Positions 25,849 to 39,576 of a stretch of DNA of 64,000 bases are shown piece by piece; position 1 is the stretch's first letter; each line of letters starts with the position of its first letter. The stretch is from positions 202,029 to 266,028 of the forward strand of contig MNCI01001065.1 of assembly GCA_015680685.1 (NCBI GenBank), in the 5' to 3' direction. A program made the position numbers and the translations under genes. The notes below the pieces were generated by a model. That model ran no database searches and had not been told where the DNA came from. It saw nothing but the letters and a program-made list of their open reading frames with translations. The stretch comes from Gnetum montanum (lineage: Eukaryota > Plantae > Gnetophyta).

Positions 25849-28550
25849 GATCACATCATCTACCTGTCCTAGTAGAATTGTGATTGATTGGTCTACAAGA
25901 TCTAGCTGAAAGTTATTTTTCCATAATGGTGGCAGATTCTAGGCCTTATACATATCTTCTGATATCAAGTTCACGCACAATCCCAAATCAAGTAGAGCCT
26001 TGCACGCTTTATGATCTGCTATTTGAAGGTATACCAAGGGACTTTTTGGGTCTGTTCATTTTTTAGGAAGTGTCCCTACCTTGATCCAATGTATGACAGT
26101 CTAAGTTAGCATGACAATTATCATGTTTGCATTAGATGATAATGGAAGATTGTTATTTCCTAATGGATAGGATGTGGATGGAGTAGAAGTATATGTGCTC
26201 CCCATACTTTGAACCTTTTTTGGCCTCACTCGAAAGAAAAATCATTTCCTAGATTGGGGTTCATGCATGGTTGCTTCCTCTTACATGTTGACTGACTTAG
26301 TTGTGTTCTTTTGCAGGGGCTGTGATGGTAGTTCTCCTTGCATTGTAGGTGGCAGCACTAGTGATGAAGAATTAGAAGGAGGGTTTCATGGATCTGTTAT
26401 TGGTAAATGTGCATAAGGACCGTGATTCATCCTTGGGGTAGTAGGTCTATAGTATTCTGGTGGATAATAAGGAGAAGAAGTCTGAACTAAAGTGTTCCAT
26501 AGAGATATTAGATGTTGAACATAATATCCATAAGGGTATAGTTACCTATATGGATATTGTTGCCTTGGCAGTGGTATTGCCCATGTCTATGGTTGCTGCC
26601 ACTATTGCTAGTATTGCTCTTGTGGTTGGGTAATATGTTAGCTAAAAGGTTGCCTTATATTACCTTGAGGATAAGGTAGCCTTCTGGGCATTCACCTTTT
26701 GACAAAGCTTAGATTGAGTGAATATATCCTAAATTCTTGTAGGTGGGCCATAACAGGGCAACATGTCTTAAGATGTTCATACTAGCACACCTTGCCTCCT
26801 TCCTCTTCCTCTGAACTAAAGTTAGTATACCCTTCAATGGTAGCAACTTTGCCTTTGTGCTTATAACTTTCTTGTCCTTTCCTTGCCCTTGTGAAGTGCT
26901 TATTTGGTCTTCTCTGCCATAATCTTTAGGGCTATAGCAAATTTTTCATCCATTGAATTCCACATTTTCTCTACCTTACTTGCAATATCAGTTACTTTTG
27001 AATAAGTATAGTCTTTTTTTAGATAACATCTTCCAAGGTTTAATCCTCTTGCTTGTTACATATCCGCACATCACATTTCCTTATTGATAGATCTCTATTA
27101 TACTCTTTAGCTAACTCTCTCTTCTTGAGTTCTTCTTTCTCTTTCACTACTTGATTAATTAATCTTTGAATTTGATGGACAGTCATATCTGCTAGTTGTT
27201 CTTGGGCATAAACCCCAAGGGCCTCTTTGGTTTTGTTCCTCAACCCATCTACTATGTGCCTTAGTTGTTCCTTTTGTAAGAACCCATGGCCTGGGCATCT
27301 GTGTGGTAAGGAATAATATCTACCCATTGTTGCATCAAGGGATTTGGATCTACTTTCTTAAGTTTAACACTCATAAGTAAGTCTAATATTTATCATTAAA
27401 GAGTTCCAATATGGTACTCCATATTTGAATTAATTCTAGCTCTAGGGATCTACACTAGCTTTCCACCTTCATAATGAGTGTTCTTGGGAACAACTTTAGT
27501 TTCTACTAATCACTTTCAATGTTTTAGAGGGCATAGACATCATGGGATGCTTGAAGATGATGTTGTGGGTCTGCATTGTATTCACCCTCAAATCTAGGCA
27601 TGTTTTTAATGTCTAGCAACTATCCCTTATGTGCCTTATTGGAATGTAGACTACTTGCTTGATGTTTATCATGCTATGAGTGGCCAATAGGTGTTCTTCA
27701 TAGTGATCGAGTTCATAGGCTCTATTGTAGTGAACCTCTTCTGTGTTCATAATGCTTCCTTTCTTCATGTCTGATCCTTTCTCTACTTCGTTCGTAATCA
27801 TCATCTTCATTATCAAAATATCTTCTTCTATGTTGTCCCTATCATGGTCTCTATATTGACATTCCTTGTTGTCAGACTCTGCAAATGAGCATGAGGAGGT
27901 GGAGGAAGTAATTGATAAATAGTGTCGACTGGTTGCCCTTTGGTGACTTCTTAATTCTTATCCTTTGGCTCATCAGAAGCCCTAAGCCTTGATCTCTACT
28001 TATATCTTGAGTCTTTTGCATTCCTTTCAAGTTTCTCTATAATAGTTTACTTCAGCTTCATGTTGATAAGATCTTCAATGTGTATAACTGGTGTGTGAGA
28101 GTGGGATCTTTGAAGTTGATAGAATTTATCAATTTAGAGTGAGGTATCTTTAATTTCCTCCAAGACAACTATCTAAGGAGCTTTCTTTCCCTTCTCTCAT
28201 TTATGTTGAACTTCCTAAGCCTCTATTGGCTAGTATAACCTATTCATGTTCTTTATGACTCAGTATCCTTCTTGTTTGTGACTTAAGTTGGCCTTCTTGA
28301 GGTCTACTTGAAACATTCGTGGTATGGAGTGCTATAATAATAAGATTATGTTGCCCTGCATATCCCTCCATTTGAATTGTTCATCTTGGTAAAGGATGAA
28401 TGTAAAGTCAGGATAATACAAATCATTGTGAGCATATGAAACTCTTGTTTGCATTGGTGCACTCTAGTCTTCATCATCATGATTTCTGTCATAACTTTTT
28501 TGTAGTTCTTTGGTAGGTGACATCCTTTCTCTCTATGTTGAATCCATGTT
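25849..28550 (-). pseudogene. Decayed gag and protease N-terminus of the host element
   Basis: ORF 27040..27327 (MGRYYSLPHRCPGHGFLQKEQLRHIVDGLRNKT) is homologous to the gag of copy 2. QLDLVDQSITILLGQVDDVITT at the left edge continues at 19078 as ...YPTNFLVIH...IIMGRAWLSTVDA. Confidence 0.85.
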
Positions 28551-28690
28551 ATAGTTTTGACACTTAACTTGTATGTGTGTTATTAAAATTGATTTCTAGT
28601 ATAAGGGTAGACTTTGTGGTTCTTAATACAACAAACTTTATAAGATCAATTACTTAGCACACATTGATACATCCTTGGCAATGACACCAA

Positions 28691-29523
28691 TGATGAGTGG
28701 TGGAGTAATCCCAACACTTTACCATACAAGTCACGAAGCTAGCGTGTGACCAAATTGTAATATGCAAATGGACAATGTAATTATGATAATAATTGATGTT
28801 AAGTTTAAGATTGCTCTTTTCCCACTTTGAGCTAATGAAGTGCAAGTGTATGGTTTAGCTCTTAGTGAGGTGTATGATTAACTGATGTTGAGAGGCTCTT
28901 AAGTGCTCCTAAAGTAAACATGATTGAATAATTTCTAAGTCTAGTTAACTAATAAAACATAAACCTATCTTAGCCTAATGGGAAGGACATTCAGTCTTAG
29001 TCTACCGTTCATGCCTTAGGCTTATGTAGTTATTGTTGGGATTACCAAGTGGAATTACTACTAGGCACAGCAAGCAACACCACTTTTGGGTTACCAAATA
29101 ACTACACTTAGCGCTCGAAACTAGTTGTATCAATTCCACTTACTAATGACATGTAACATAAAGTGCTTGGAATGTAAATGATTAACTAAGAAAATAGTAA
29201 AGATTATGCTAAGTAAGTAAATGGAACTAAAGGAATGCTGCAATGGTAGAAAGTAATCTCAATCTCTATTACCATCATGAACTACATCCAAGTACAATTC
29301 ACTAGAATAACGACACTAGACAATTGCCAAACATCACATTGCAGGCATTCACTCTCTACTATAACTACAAAATAAAACCACAAGAGTTTCCCTAAGACTT
29401 GGAATCAAAACTTGTGGATTGTGCACCCAAGTGTTAGTATTTATAGGGCTACATGCATCCTAAGACATCACATCAACGATGATGTAGCATGTACCACAAT
29501 ATTGTTGCTACAATATCACATCA
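28691..29523 (-). repeat. 5' LTR of the old host element
   Basis: Begins TGATGAGTGG next to a decayed PBS. Shares GGGATTACCAA motifs and TATTTATAG with the younger LTRs and ends in CpG-decayed palindromes (..acaatatcacatca). Right end less certain. Confidence 0.7.
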
Positions 29524-30099
29524 CAACCAAAATTGACTTTATCAAGAAGTCTCATGCTTCATTGCATTATAAAGACTCATTCTCTATCAAAATCTCTTTA
29601 TGGTGGCAAGGTTACTAGTCTTTTGACATAAATGTGAGGAATATGCTTTTTAGCTTCAAGAAATGAAGGCAAAAAAAATCCTAAATTTGTTCTTCTAGTT
29701 ATAGTCAAAGATTAGGATTCAATTCAACTCCATGTGGAACTTGAAGGTCATTAAAATATATGCAAATCCTAAGAGATAGCATAAAAGGCCCTTCGAATTC
29801 AACTCTTATTCCTTGGGTATGAGAAAAAAAGTCTTAAAAAATTATTCAAGCATACCTCTCCTTATTAGCTAAAACACCACTACAAATAATTTGGATATCT
29901 AATGTGGATTAAAAGCCCCAATTTAAAAGATGTGAGATTTAAAATCTCCAAAACTTTCTTAGTTGCTTCATGGGTTTAATTAGGCAAAGGCATCGAGAAG
30001 CCTCATCCTTCATTACACTATAAATCTTCATTCCTAGAATGTAAGAGGCATTGTGCACCCCTTACACAAGACAACCATCTTGAACTAGTGGTCACAAAA

Positions 30100-33000
30100 A
30101 TCTATTGATTTTTCTTATTTGCAAAAACTTAAAGCATTAGAAGTTTAAAGTATTAGTTTCATTTAGCAATGGTTTAGTGAGCATGCCTTTTTTTTTCACC
30201 TAGTAGGTGAGCACTCTAGAGGATTTTGGATTATTTAAAGGAAGGATTATCAAATTTTTCTTATTGAGATGCAGGTTCAAGGAGATTTTTCTATGATATT
30301 GGTTAATATTTTACAAACTATTTGCAAATCTTTAGTGATCCTACCCTTATTGCTAAAGATTGCAATTTGATCTTGCTCTCCTAAAAATGGATGGAGGGAG
30401 TCTAGTAAGCAATAGCACATGAAGCTTTTCAAATGGCTATAGCAATACTTGAGCTTACGAACATTCCAATTCTAGAATGTAAATTCACCTAGACTAACCT
30501 TCAAACTAAGCTTAATACTATTTTTAAAAAATTTGATCATTTTCTTATCTCTATAAAGTTACTCCAATACTTTCTTATGGCTATTAAAATAGTTCTTCAA
30601 CGTGTTTCTTTTGATCCTTAGCCATTAGTTCTTAACATAGCCTATAAGAGCTCATTCTCAGACTTTTACTAGGATATTGTATGACATGAGAAGAACCAGA
30701 TCACAAACATTATTAACCAAGCTTTCCAATCATCAATCTCATGAATGATCCAATTCCAAATTACACATAAAATTAAAAAGTTTAGAAAAAATACTCTTAG
30801 ATGGAGGAAGACTTATCATCTAATTGAATGTAACAACATTCAACTTTTCTTGAGGACATTAGTAAGGTCCATCAAGAGAGAATGAATGGTGCCATTAATT
30901 GATAAGAAGAACAATGAAATTTGTTGCAACAATATTACACAACTCTAGTGTAGGAGGCAACATATTGAACCTAAATGGATCACATAAGTCAATACTAGTT
31001 TTCATTTTTTTCAAATTTATGCCTCAAAAAGATACTCTTATACTAGGATCCTTTAATAGAACATAGAGTAGGTGTTAACTTCAAATCAAAGGATTATTGA
31101 GGAAATAATTTTATATTTTCATGTTGATATGCTATATAAGGGTTTTAATACCCTACTATAGCTCATCATAAGGTTTTGAGTTGTTTGGTGTGCAAACTTT
31201 TAACTACTAAATTCATATTCTTAATGTTCCTATTGCAAAAGTCAAAGACATAGGAACAATAATAAAAGCCTGGGTACAAATGGATTCTTGATAGAATCTT
31301 TTAGAAAATATTGGCCCATTATAAGAGATGACATATATAATATGCTTTATGAATTTTAGCACATAATCTACATAGTAGGTCAATTCAATACTATATGGAC
31401 TACTTTACTACTAATGAGACAACGAGCCTTAGATATTCATGACTACAAACTAATCAATATGTGCATAGCAATTTATAAAATTAATTTCAAATTCATGGCC
31501 AATCAAATTTCAAAGATCTTGCTTATAATCATCTCTTTTAAGAAAGGTGAATTTATGAAAGGAAGGAATTTTTTTTTATTAGTTGTAAACCTAAGATATT
31601 TTATATTTAGTCTCAATACAAAAGACCTAAGTATTACATTCAAGTTTGAACATCAATATAGCATATGACTGTATGGATTGTGATTACATAGATCGAATTC
31701 TCTAAAGGTTTGCCTTCTTGGATCATTGGTGCTACAAATTAGCTCATTACTATAAAATCACTAGTTTCTCTCTTTGTTGAATGGTGAAAGGGTAAGAAAT
31801 TTTCCAGCAACAAATGACCTCCATTAAGAAGATGTATTATGGTCATTTTTATTTGTCATAGCCATGGAAGACAAAATGTTGATTCAAGATTACAAAGATA
31901 AAGGACTAATAAGAGATATTTCTCTAGCATATGGATGCCCAAAATTCTCCCACTCCCAGTTTGTTGATGATGTTTCTTATTTATTTAAAGACATGAGTGA
32001 TATTTAAATGGAATGGTAGAATGCTTAAATAGATTTTCAATGTCATTAGGGTTGAGCAAAATTTTTTGCAAAAATAAGGTTTACAATTTTGGGATCCACA
32101 AAATGCTTTCCATGATTTGTGTGTCAAATTATAGTGCCAAGAAGCTACCTTCCCTACAAGATATCTTGGAATCCCCATCTTCACATAATGCTTAAAATTG
32201 CAATAGTGGAATGATATCTTTCCCAAGTTCATAATATGTCTTTCAGGATAGAAAGCCAAACTACTTTCCTAGGCAAGGAGACTCTAGCTTACTCAAGTAG
32301 TTTTACATGCTCTGCTTTCTTATATTATGAACTACTATTGGATTCCATAGGTAATGATTCAAAAATTCAAAAATTGGAGTGAACATTCTTATGATAAGTT
32401 AATATGAATCATTCCTTACATATGCTGAGTAGAGAGGCAATCTATTAGGAGTTGAGGGATACAACAATGTTGAAACTTGAATTTTTTTTTTAATAACATT
32501 TATTCCCAAGACATATAGTTACATTAGAATTTTATAAATTAGTATTGCTTACCAAAATCAAATCCATAACTTTGAGCTTTTAAATTAAGAGTCTTAACAC
32601 TAGGTTAACACCTAAGGAGGCAATCTATTGTCTACTTAAAGTGGAAGGATAAGGATTGTGTTTCTTATAATACATTAATTATGTTCTTTTAATGAAGATT
32701 TCTTGGTAGAGTTTAGAAAAGATTAAGGAATTGTTTGCAAGCAACCACATTTGCCACTCATTTATTCCATAATCCTACGTGGAATATTTTAGAAAACATC
32801 AACCAATGGTTTGCAAGCAATAGTACTATTCATCAAGGATTTATTTATTGAGATAATGAATGCCACTTCTAGTTAGCTGCAACATTTTACTTTCTTACAA
32901 ATCATGAAACCTAGCCTTATTTTTATTATTAGTGAAAAAAATATGTGATACTGTAGCATCAACTCTTCATAAGTAAATGTTTGTATGGGGCATTATTTAC

Positions 33001-33500
33001 AAAAGTAGAATTATTTTGAAGAGGTATAATGATAAATGTAATTGATGTCATGCCAAGATAGAATCTCTAAATCATTTGTTATTTAGTTGTTTGTATGTGC
33101 AAGACTTTTGGTGGTGTTTCCACTCCTTCTCTAGATATTTAATCCTTACTACAGTCACACAAATTCTTTACTTATGAATTGGCCCTTTTTACTAGAAAAA
33201 TGAAAATGTCGCAAGATTGAAGTGTTGCTCCCATTGCCCTGTAATTGTGTTGGCTTTTCCATAACTCTTACCCTTTTGTTAACCATCCTCTTAGTTAAGA
33301 CACAGTAGTTTTTCTTACTTGGCACTTTGCCACTACCAGATTTGGACATCCATTATTGACCCAAGCTTGTTAACTATGATGGGGTTACTTGTGGAAGCAT
33401 TTATGAATGTTCATGTTTTAATCTCATTGATTTTTGTACTCTTGGATTGGGTACCTCAATTTCATTTTTCTATCTTAGTTACACATGCATGAATTCTTCA
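30100..33500 (+). mobile_element. Highly degenerate L1-clade LINE ORF2 (EN, RT, zf-RVT)
   Basis: KKFDHFLI (~30530, endonuclease); KSLGTNGF (~31265); DYKLINMCIAIYKINFKFMANQI (~31440); SHSQFVDD (~31950); YLGIP (~32165); ESLNHLLFSCLYVQDFWW (~33060). Boundaries approximate. Confidence 0.8.
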
Positions 33501-33589
33501 TACACTTGTGATTGATAATTTTTTATCTATGATATGTGCCTTGGCCATATTATGATGCTTTGGGAGAGAGCCATAGAGCACTGTCTCAA

Positions 33590-34716
33590 ACTTGAATTAA
33601 TATTACAATAAATTAATTTGGATTTATGCCAAGAAAATCTACTATAGAGGCTATTTCTTAATATAATAACTATGAAAAAAGCATATGATAAAGTAGCTAG
33701 AAATATTATTTGGTTGACTTTACCAAGGAAAAACATCCCTAAAATTAAATTACAGTGATTCAACATGTGTATGAAAGAGTTGCCATAAAAATTAAAATAG
33801 CTTATTGAACCAAATCTAATTTTCTAGCTACAATAGATCTATATTAAGAGTTTGTGCTTTGCCCATACTTATTTGAGATTGTTATGGATGAATTAACAAA
33901 GAAAATACAATATGAAATTCCTTGGTGTATGTTATTTAAATATGATAGTACGTTAGTGGATACAACTCTAAAAAAATATTACTTCTAAAACGGAGAAGTA
34001 GAGAAATGCTTTAGAATCAAAATGCTTAAAACTTAATAGAAAGTAGAATATATAGTATACAATTTCAATAATAGCATAAATAGTAGTGAAATAGAAATTA
34101 CAACTCAAAGTTAAAAAACCCTCACTGCAAATAGTTTCACTACCTAGGATCAATGTTTCAATGAGATGGTAAATTTAATAAAGTTATAAAAAATAATATT
34201 GAGGTAAGATAGTTAAAATGGGGCCAAATTAGTGGTATTCTATGTACTAAAAGAATCCTAATAAAACTAAAGGGAAAATTTTACAAAATAGTAATTAGGC
34301 CTACTATCTTATATTGGTTAGTACAAAAGAGGTATGAACAACTAATTAGTTTAGTAAAAATATGAATGCTTAGATGGATATTGAATATTACTAGAAGAAA
34401 TGAATTATACAATACAAATATTAGAGGAAGACTTGGAGTGGCTTCTGTTTTAGATAAATTACAAGATTGGTATCTTAAATGGTTTGGGCATGTACAAGAA
34501 AGATCAAATAAAGAGTCCATAAGAAAAGGTTGCTATATCACTATTTTACAAGGATCATTGAAATGAAGACCAAAAAAGACATGAAAAAAATGATTGAATA
34601 TGATAAGGAAAAAATTGCAAATAAACAAAGATCTAATTGTTCATAGAGGTGAATGCAAAAACGAACTCATAGAGTTAACCCCATTTTGTTATGAAAAGGC
34701 TATGATAATGATGATG
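33590..34716 (+). mobile_element. 5'-truncated RTE-clade LINE
   Basis: KKAYDKVAR; YLFEIVMDELTKKIQYEIPWCMLF; MLRWILNITRRNELYNTNIRGRLGVASVLDKLQDWYLKWFGHVQER; ends in a (GAT)n-type tail. Confidence 0.85.
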
Positions 34717-35273
34717 GTACTTGCCCTAGCCATAATAGATCCGAGTTTTCTTTTTCTTTGAAAAATAAAATAAAATTTAATTATTTTTTTTATTCTAATA
34801 CCTACTATGACATGTTTTCTTGAATCCATAGATTGTCATATTAAATGAAAATTTCATCTACCATATCTATTCAACATGTTTAAACCTATATCTTTAATAT
34901 ATGATAATCCATAAATATGGTTAAAAAATATAAATGAATTGGTTTGAAGAGGAAAATTTTATAATAGATGGGAGGGTGTAAAAAATAGAATTTGCTTTTA
35001 AGTCAGCATAGGATTTACAATGCTATTCTCTAATCTTGATATGTGAAATTGTTACCCATCTATTGTATTTTTATAGACTACTCTAAAAGCACAATAAAAT
35101 GATACAATAACTTTCATGAAAATTTAGGCAAGAGTGTTTAAGTTAGAAAATTTTGAATAAATGGTGACATTAAAATTTTCAAGAATTGTTCTCCTAGAAA
35201 AGAGTAGTTCTAATTTCTTATAGACACATTTCAAAACCATAAAAAAGTTAAAAGGAAAATTTCTTTAACCAAA

Positions 35274-35351
35274 CATAATTGAATCTTGGTGTAACATGTT
35301 AAATCCAATAACCATAATTGAATCTTGGTCTAACATGTTAAATCCAATAAC
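35274..35351 (+). repeat. Tandem duplication, 39-bp unit x2
   Basis: cataattgaatcttggt(g/c)taacatgttaaatccaataac occurs twice. Confidence 0.85.
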
Positions 35352-38300
35352 CTACCATAACCGATTAGAAAACCTTTCACCAAATGAATCGCCAATTGCT
35401 TGGAGAAGCAACGTGTCATTTTTTTACAATGACACGTTATTGAACTTAACATCACAGTCAAGTGAAGCTAATAGATAAAGTGGGGAAGAAGATTGGAAGA
35501 TTGATAATGTTAACATGACATAAAATGGACTTGTACCTTCATGATGTAAGTTTCCCTAGAAAAGAAAAGAAGGATGCTACAGAGCAAAATAAGATAAGGA
35601 ACCTTCTCACGAGAAAGCAATGTTTCGATCTTTGTCTGATGGGTTGAGACCTTAGTCGCATCACATCCAATGTTGTACGTAGACGGCATTTCTGCTTTTA
35701 GAGGCACATGATAAAAGGAATCCCGTACTAATTACAAGGAATAATCTTATGACTAAACTTAATGGAGCCCATTTCTGTAATTTTTACTTCACACTGTCAC
35801 CTAATCTTTGGATGTTTCGTTTTGCCTTTCTATGTCCAAGGTCGCAAGCGGGGCACTCGTTGGCGTCAATGGATACTTTGATTTACAGGAAAATGTTTGA
35901 CATAAATCATAATTAATAAACCCAGTCGAAATTTTCGGTTTCCCAGGAATGCCAGAATGCAACATATCTTTCTTTTGTTTTTCGTTTTTTTAATATTTCT
36001 AACACTGTCATAGGTCATAATCATAAGGGTACACACGTGTTATGATTTTTGCACCATAGCTAGTATTTATTATAGCATGAATTATGTTACCAGCCACTTG
36101 CTTTTTTTTTTTAACTATGTTATGTATGGCTTTTAATTTTATATGACATGGCATTCGATTGAACCTGTTAACAGTTGCAATTACCTAGAAACCATGTATA
36201 ATTGAGATTAATTATCAAATACAATAGTTAACCCTACCAACCCAAAACCATAGCACGTAACCAAGCCCTCAGCTAGCTCTGAAATCTGGAATATCATTTC
36301 CCATAAACTGAAGTCGAGGACTGCGAAAGCATTGATCTCATTTATGGATTTCATCAAACAGCCCTGAAATTTGGGGAGCAAAATTTGAGCAGAGCAGGTG
36401 GGCAGCGAAGCTCTTAATGATACATGGCTAGCCTTAAAAGAGATTTTTAATGAAGCAACATGACATTCAATTCTCGAGTTAAGAGCATTTTAAGATGGCT
36501 TGGCGGCAGAGTTGTTATCCATTTAATGAGAGTGAATGTGGATGTAAATACGAAATAGCCGGCGTCTGCACGATAAACGTTCAAAAGCTGGAGACTTTAC
36601 CGCGCAGCCCAACAGGGCAAAAGAGGGAATCACGTTTACAGGAGGAAGAGTGGATCCAAAATGCCAAATTCATGAAAGAGTGTTGTTAAGGATTGCACAG
36701 AGACCAAGGATGAGGCTGGGGCTGGGGCTGGGCCTCTGCTAGCACTGCAGATGCAGATCTGGCGTTGGTTCAGGCTACAAATTGTTTGTCTAGCTGGGGC
36801 AGAAAGCTACGGTACAATGGCACCAAGCCCTGCAATTCGTTTAGTCGAAAACAGAGAGAGAGAGAGAACAAAGAGAAAGAGAGGACTAGTGAGCAAGTAA
36901 CAACAGCATTTGCATCAGCAGAATTAGCAGCACCGTTTGCAGTTTGCAGTGTCAACATTGCATTCAAACACATTACAGAGTTGCAAATTGCAATGCCACT
37001 GTTCTTCTTACTTTCCTGTAGGACACATTGGCATGCCTGGTGCACAGAGCAGTTGCAGTGTGTCCTTACCTTAAATCCTTGCAGCATGGTGGACCACAGT
37101 GGGGGCGAGATCGGTTATTATTTCTCTGACAGATGATGCCAAGGCACAGCATTCACCAAAAAACAATCTCACCAAAGTAAGAAAAGGTGTCCAACTTTCG
37201 TGCATTTAACCGCTTGGAAATGAAGGGTTAGTAACAACGATGAGCTGAGAGAAGGAAAGAGATGGAGAGAGAGAAAGAGGCTTCCATGCAGGTCTAGAAT
37301 TGTTGTTATGACATGACGATGATGTCTTATTCTGCAGAAGGAAGAGGCCAAATTTTCAGACGCATGTCTGTGGTGTGTGGCCCATGAGCAAACAGGCAAC
37401 TTGGTGGGTACTAGAGCATGAGCATGAGCATGCATGTATCTGATTCTGATCAAAATGACAAGATTCCTTATTTGGAAGGAGACCCAACACAACAGATCAG
37501 AAGAAATAGACTAAGGTAAGGTCATGTGAAGGTGGTGGTGGTGGTGGGTGGGTGGGTGGTTGTTTGTTTATCTCATCCGTTGTCAACGAACCCTCTGCCA
37601 AATTTTTTCTCCTTCCTCACCAGGCACGGCTCTTCTGTCTGGGAAGCTGAGCTGAACAGAGCACAGGTCATATTGCCATGCGGTGCAGCCAGGTCCGGCC
37701 TCAAAATCCCGAATATGTCAAGGAGGCTGAAATTGTTGCTACAGTTGTAAATGCATGATGCAAGATGCCTGATTGCCTCCTGCTGCTTTTTTCTTTTTTG
37801 CTTATCTTTGTTGCTGGCCGGCTCTCTACTCTCTCTCTCTCTCTCTATTCTGTCAGCAGCTTTCAGGAAATAAATGCAAACTACGATCTAAAAGATTTGG
37901 TCAATACACACACGTACATTTGGGTGACAAAGATGTGAAATGAAATCCCTGAAGCGCTGCATGCCTTGCCTGGATGATGCTGTCTGTCTGGTCTGGTCTG
38001 GCCCTTCTCGATCTTGGGGTTTTCCTTGCTTCTTTGGTCTTTCTTTTCTTCCGCTGCGGCTTTGCTTTTGCAAGTAACCAACCATGGATTTACGTTTCGC
38101 TAAAATTTTTGTATTGCGCAAGTCTGGCCAAGGTGGCTTTTTGTCGCTTGTGATGGCTGGAGGAGTATCTCCATCCAACGCTTTCTCCCTCAGTCTATGC
38201 ATGCTCTTGGGTCTCGTGTCTCTGCTACTGCTACTCCTGCTCTTGCTGCTGGTGCTGCAGCTTCTGCTGCCGCCTGCTACTGGGCTTCGCTCTTCTTGGA

Positions 38301-39150
38301 GTTCGAAGGCCCTACTCTATGAACGAGGATTTTGGGTAGATTTTGGGATAATGTAAAATATGCCGGGAAAAGATTCACTAGAGAATGTGCCTTGCAGCAA
38401 TTTGGAATGTTTTGGATTTTGAGTAGACAATATTCAAGCAGTTTATCACAGAATCTTTGATTTTACAACCGTATCTGGTATCGCATGACTCTATGGCTTA
38501 AGACTTATTTTACCTGAAAAAACAGAAAAGTGCGCTACTGCATCCACAAAGTTAAACCTCCCAGTGAAGAATTTCCATCTTCTTATAATTTGGGTTGCTT
38601 ACATCTTTGATTTAGATCGAGGTAAACGACATGGAAAAGAAAAACAAAACTTATGAAAATACGAAACATGGGAAAGAACGTACAACATTTTGGGTGGGCT
38701 TGCCTTCAAAAAGGAGGAGAAAGCTAGAGTGGGGAATGTTGCTAACGAGACCTTGGGATTTTGCGAGAGCTAGAGAAGAGAGTGTGCAGAGACCCTGCAG
38801 GGGAATGTTGCTTGAAGGAATCTTAGAATGTTGTGGGTTTACCGTTCATGCTTTGACTATAGACCATAACCCACTGCATGTATCATATTCATCATCATTA
38901 CATATAAAGGTTCGTTAAGGGGTTTTGTGCCAAAGCACATATTTTCTGGGCGTACACAACAATATTTAAAAAACAACATACTTCTTTTACTTTTTTGTGG
39001 GTTTGAGGGCTTTCAGATGTGGTCGGGGCTGCAAAAGCGCCTGCTTGCAATTATTCTCTCATCATTCAAAGAGTGAGTGGTTGAGGTGAGGGGCAGGATA
39101 TGACCAGAGGTGAGATACGCATACACTGGGTTTGGCTTGGCTGAGACTAC

Positions 39151-39163
39151 GAGACATGAGACA
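39151..39163 (-). promoter_or_regulatory. Paired auxin-response elements (TGTCTC x2) in the WOX3 proximal promoter
   Basis: GAGACA-T-GAGACA ~415 bp upstream of the ATG, with another GAGACA in intron 1 (39785-39790). Motif match only. Confidence 0.45.
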
Positions 39164-39576
39164 TCATCAGGGGTGTATAATTACGCACTGATTTCATGCC
39201 TTCCGGCAATACGACCCCTGATACCCTGAGCATCTCTGAAACACAGGATTTAATGGTCTTACACCAAAAGTTGTCATGTACCCATCACCATTCACCACAC
39301 CACCTCTCCTCTCCTTTCCTTTTCACCACTTTCCTTCCTTCATTTTCCATGCCTTTAAAACTGCAAGAGCTGCCCTCCGTCTCCGACCCAGAATTTCTTG
39401 GCTTCTCCTCCTTTCTCATCTCAGCAACAGCAGTAGCAGGAGCAGCAGTCATCCATCCATCCTGCTTCTTCTGCTTTGCCTCTCTGCCACTTGAGCAGTA
39501 GCTCTGCAATTTATCTTCTGCTGCTTTTCATCGCTTATCCTCTTCCTCCTCCTCCTCCCCTTTCTCATCTCCCACC

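Larger units (their letters stand above)
7705..29523 (-). mobile_element. Old degenerate pol-containing Athila-lineage Ty3/gypsy element hosting three nested insertions
   Basis: On the minus strand in order: LTR 28691-29523, decayed Asp PBS (~28672-28689), gag ~26400-28550, protease split by copy 2 (25849-26100 and 18646-19078), RT-RH-INT 11560-13657, then a long 3' region. The gag-PR-RT-RH-INT order is Ty3/gypsy. Confidence 0.85.

Noticed and set aside
38730-38815. Partial matches to miR166* (GGAATGTTG) and miR156/529 (AGAAGAGAGTG); miR169-like CCAAGGATGA at ~36704
   Set aside because: Matches are only 9-11 nt with no complementary arm forming a precursor.
39196-39501. 101-aa ORF upstream of WOX3 as a uORF
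   Set aside because: No recognisable homology. It probably begins upstream of the TSS (TATA-like TTTAAAA ~39354), and the pyrimidine-rich leader after it has no ATG.
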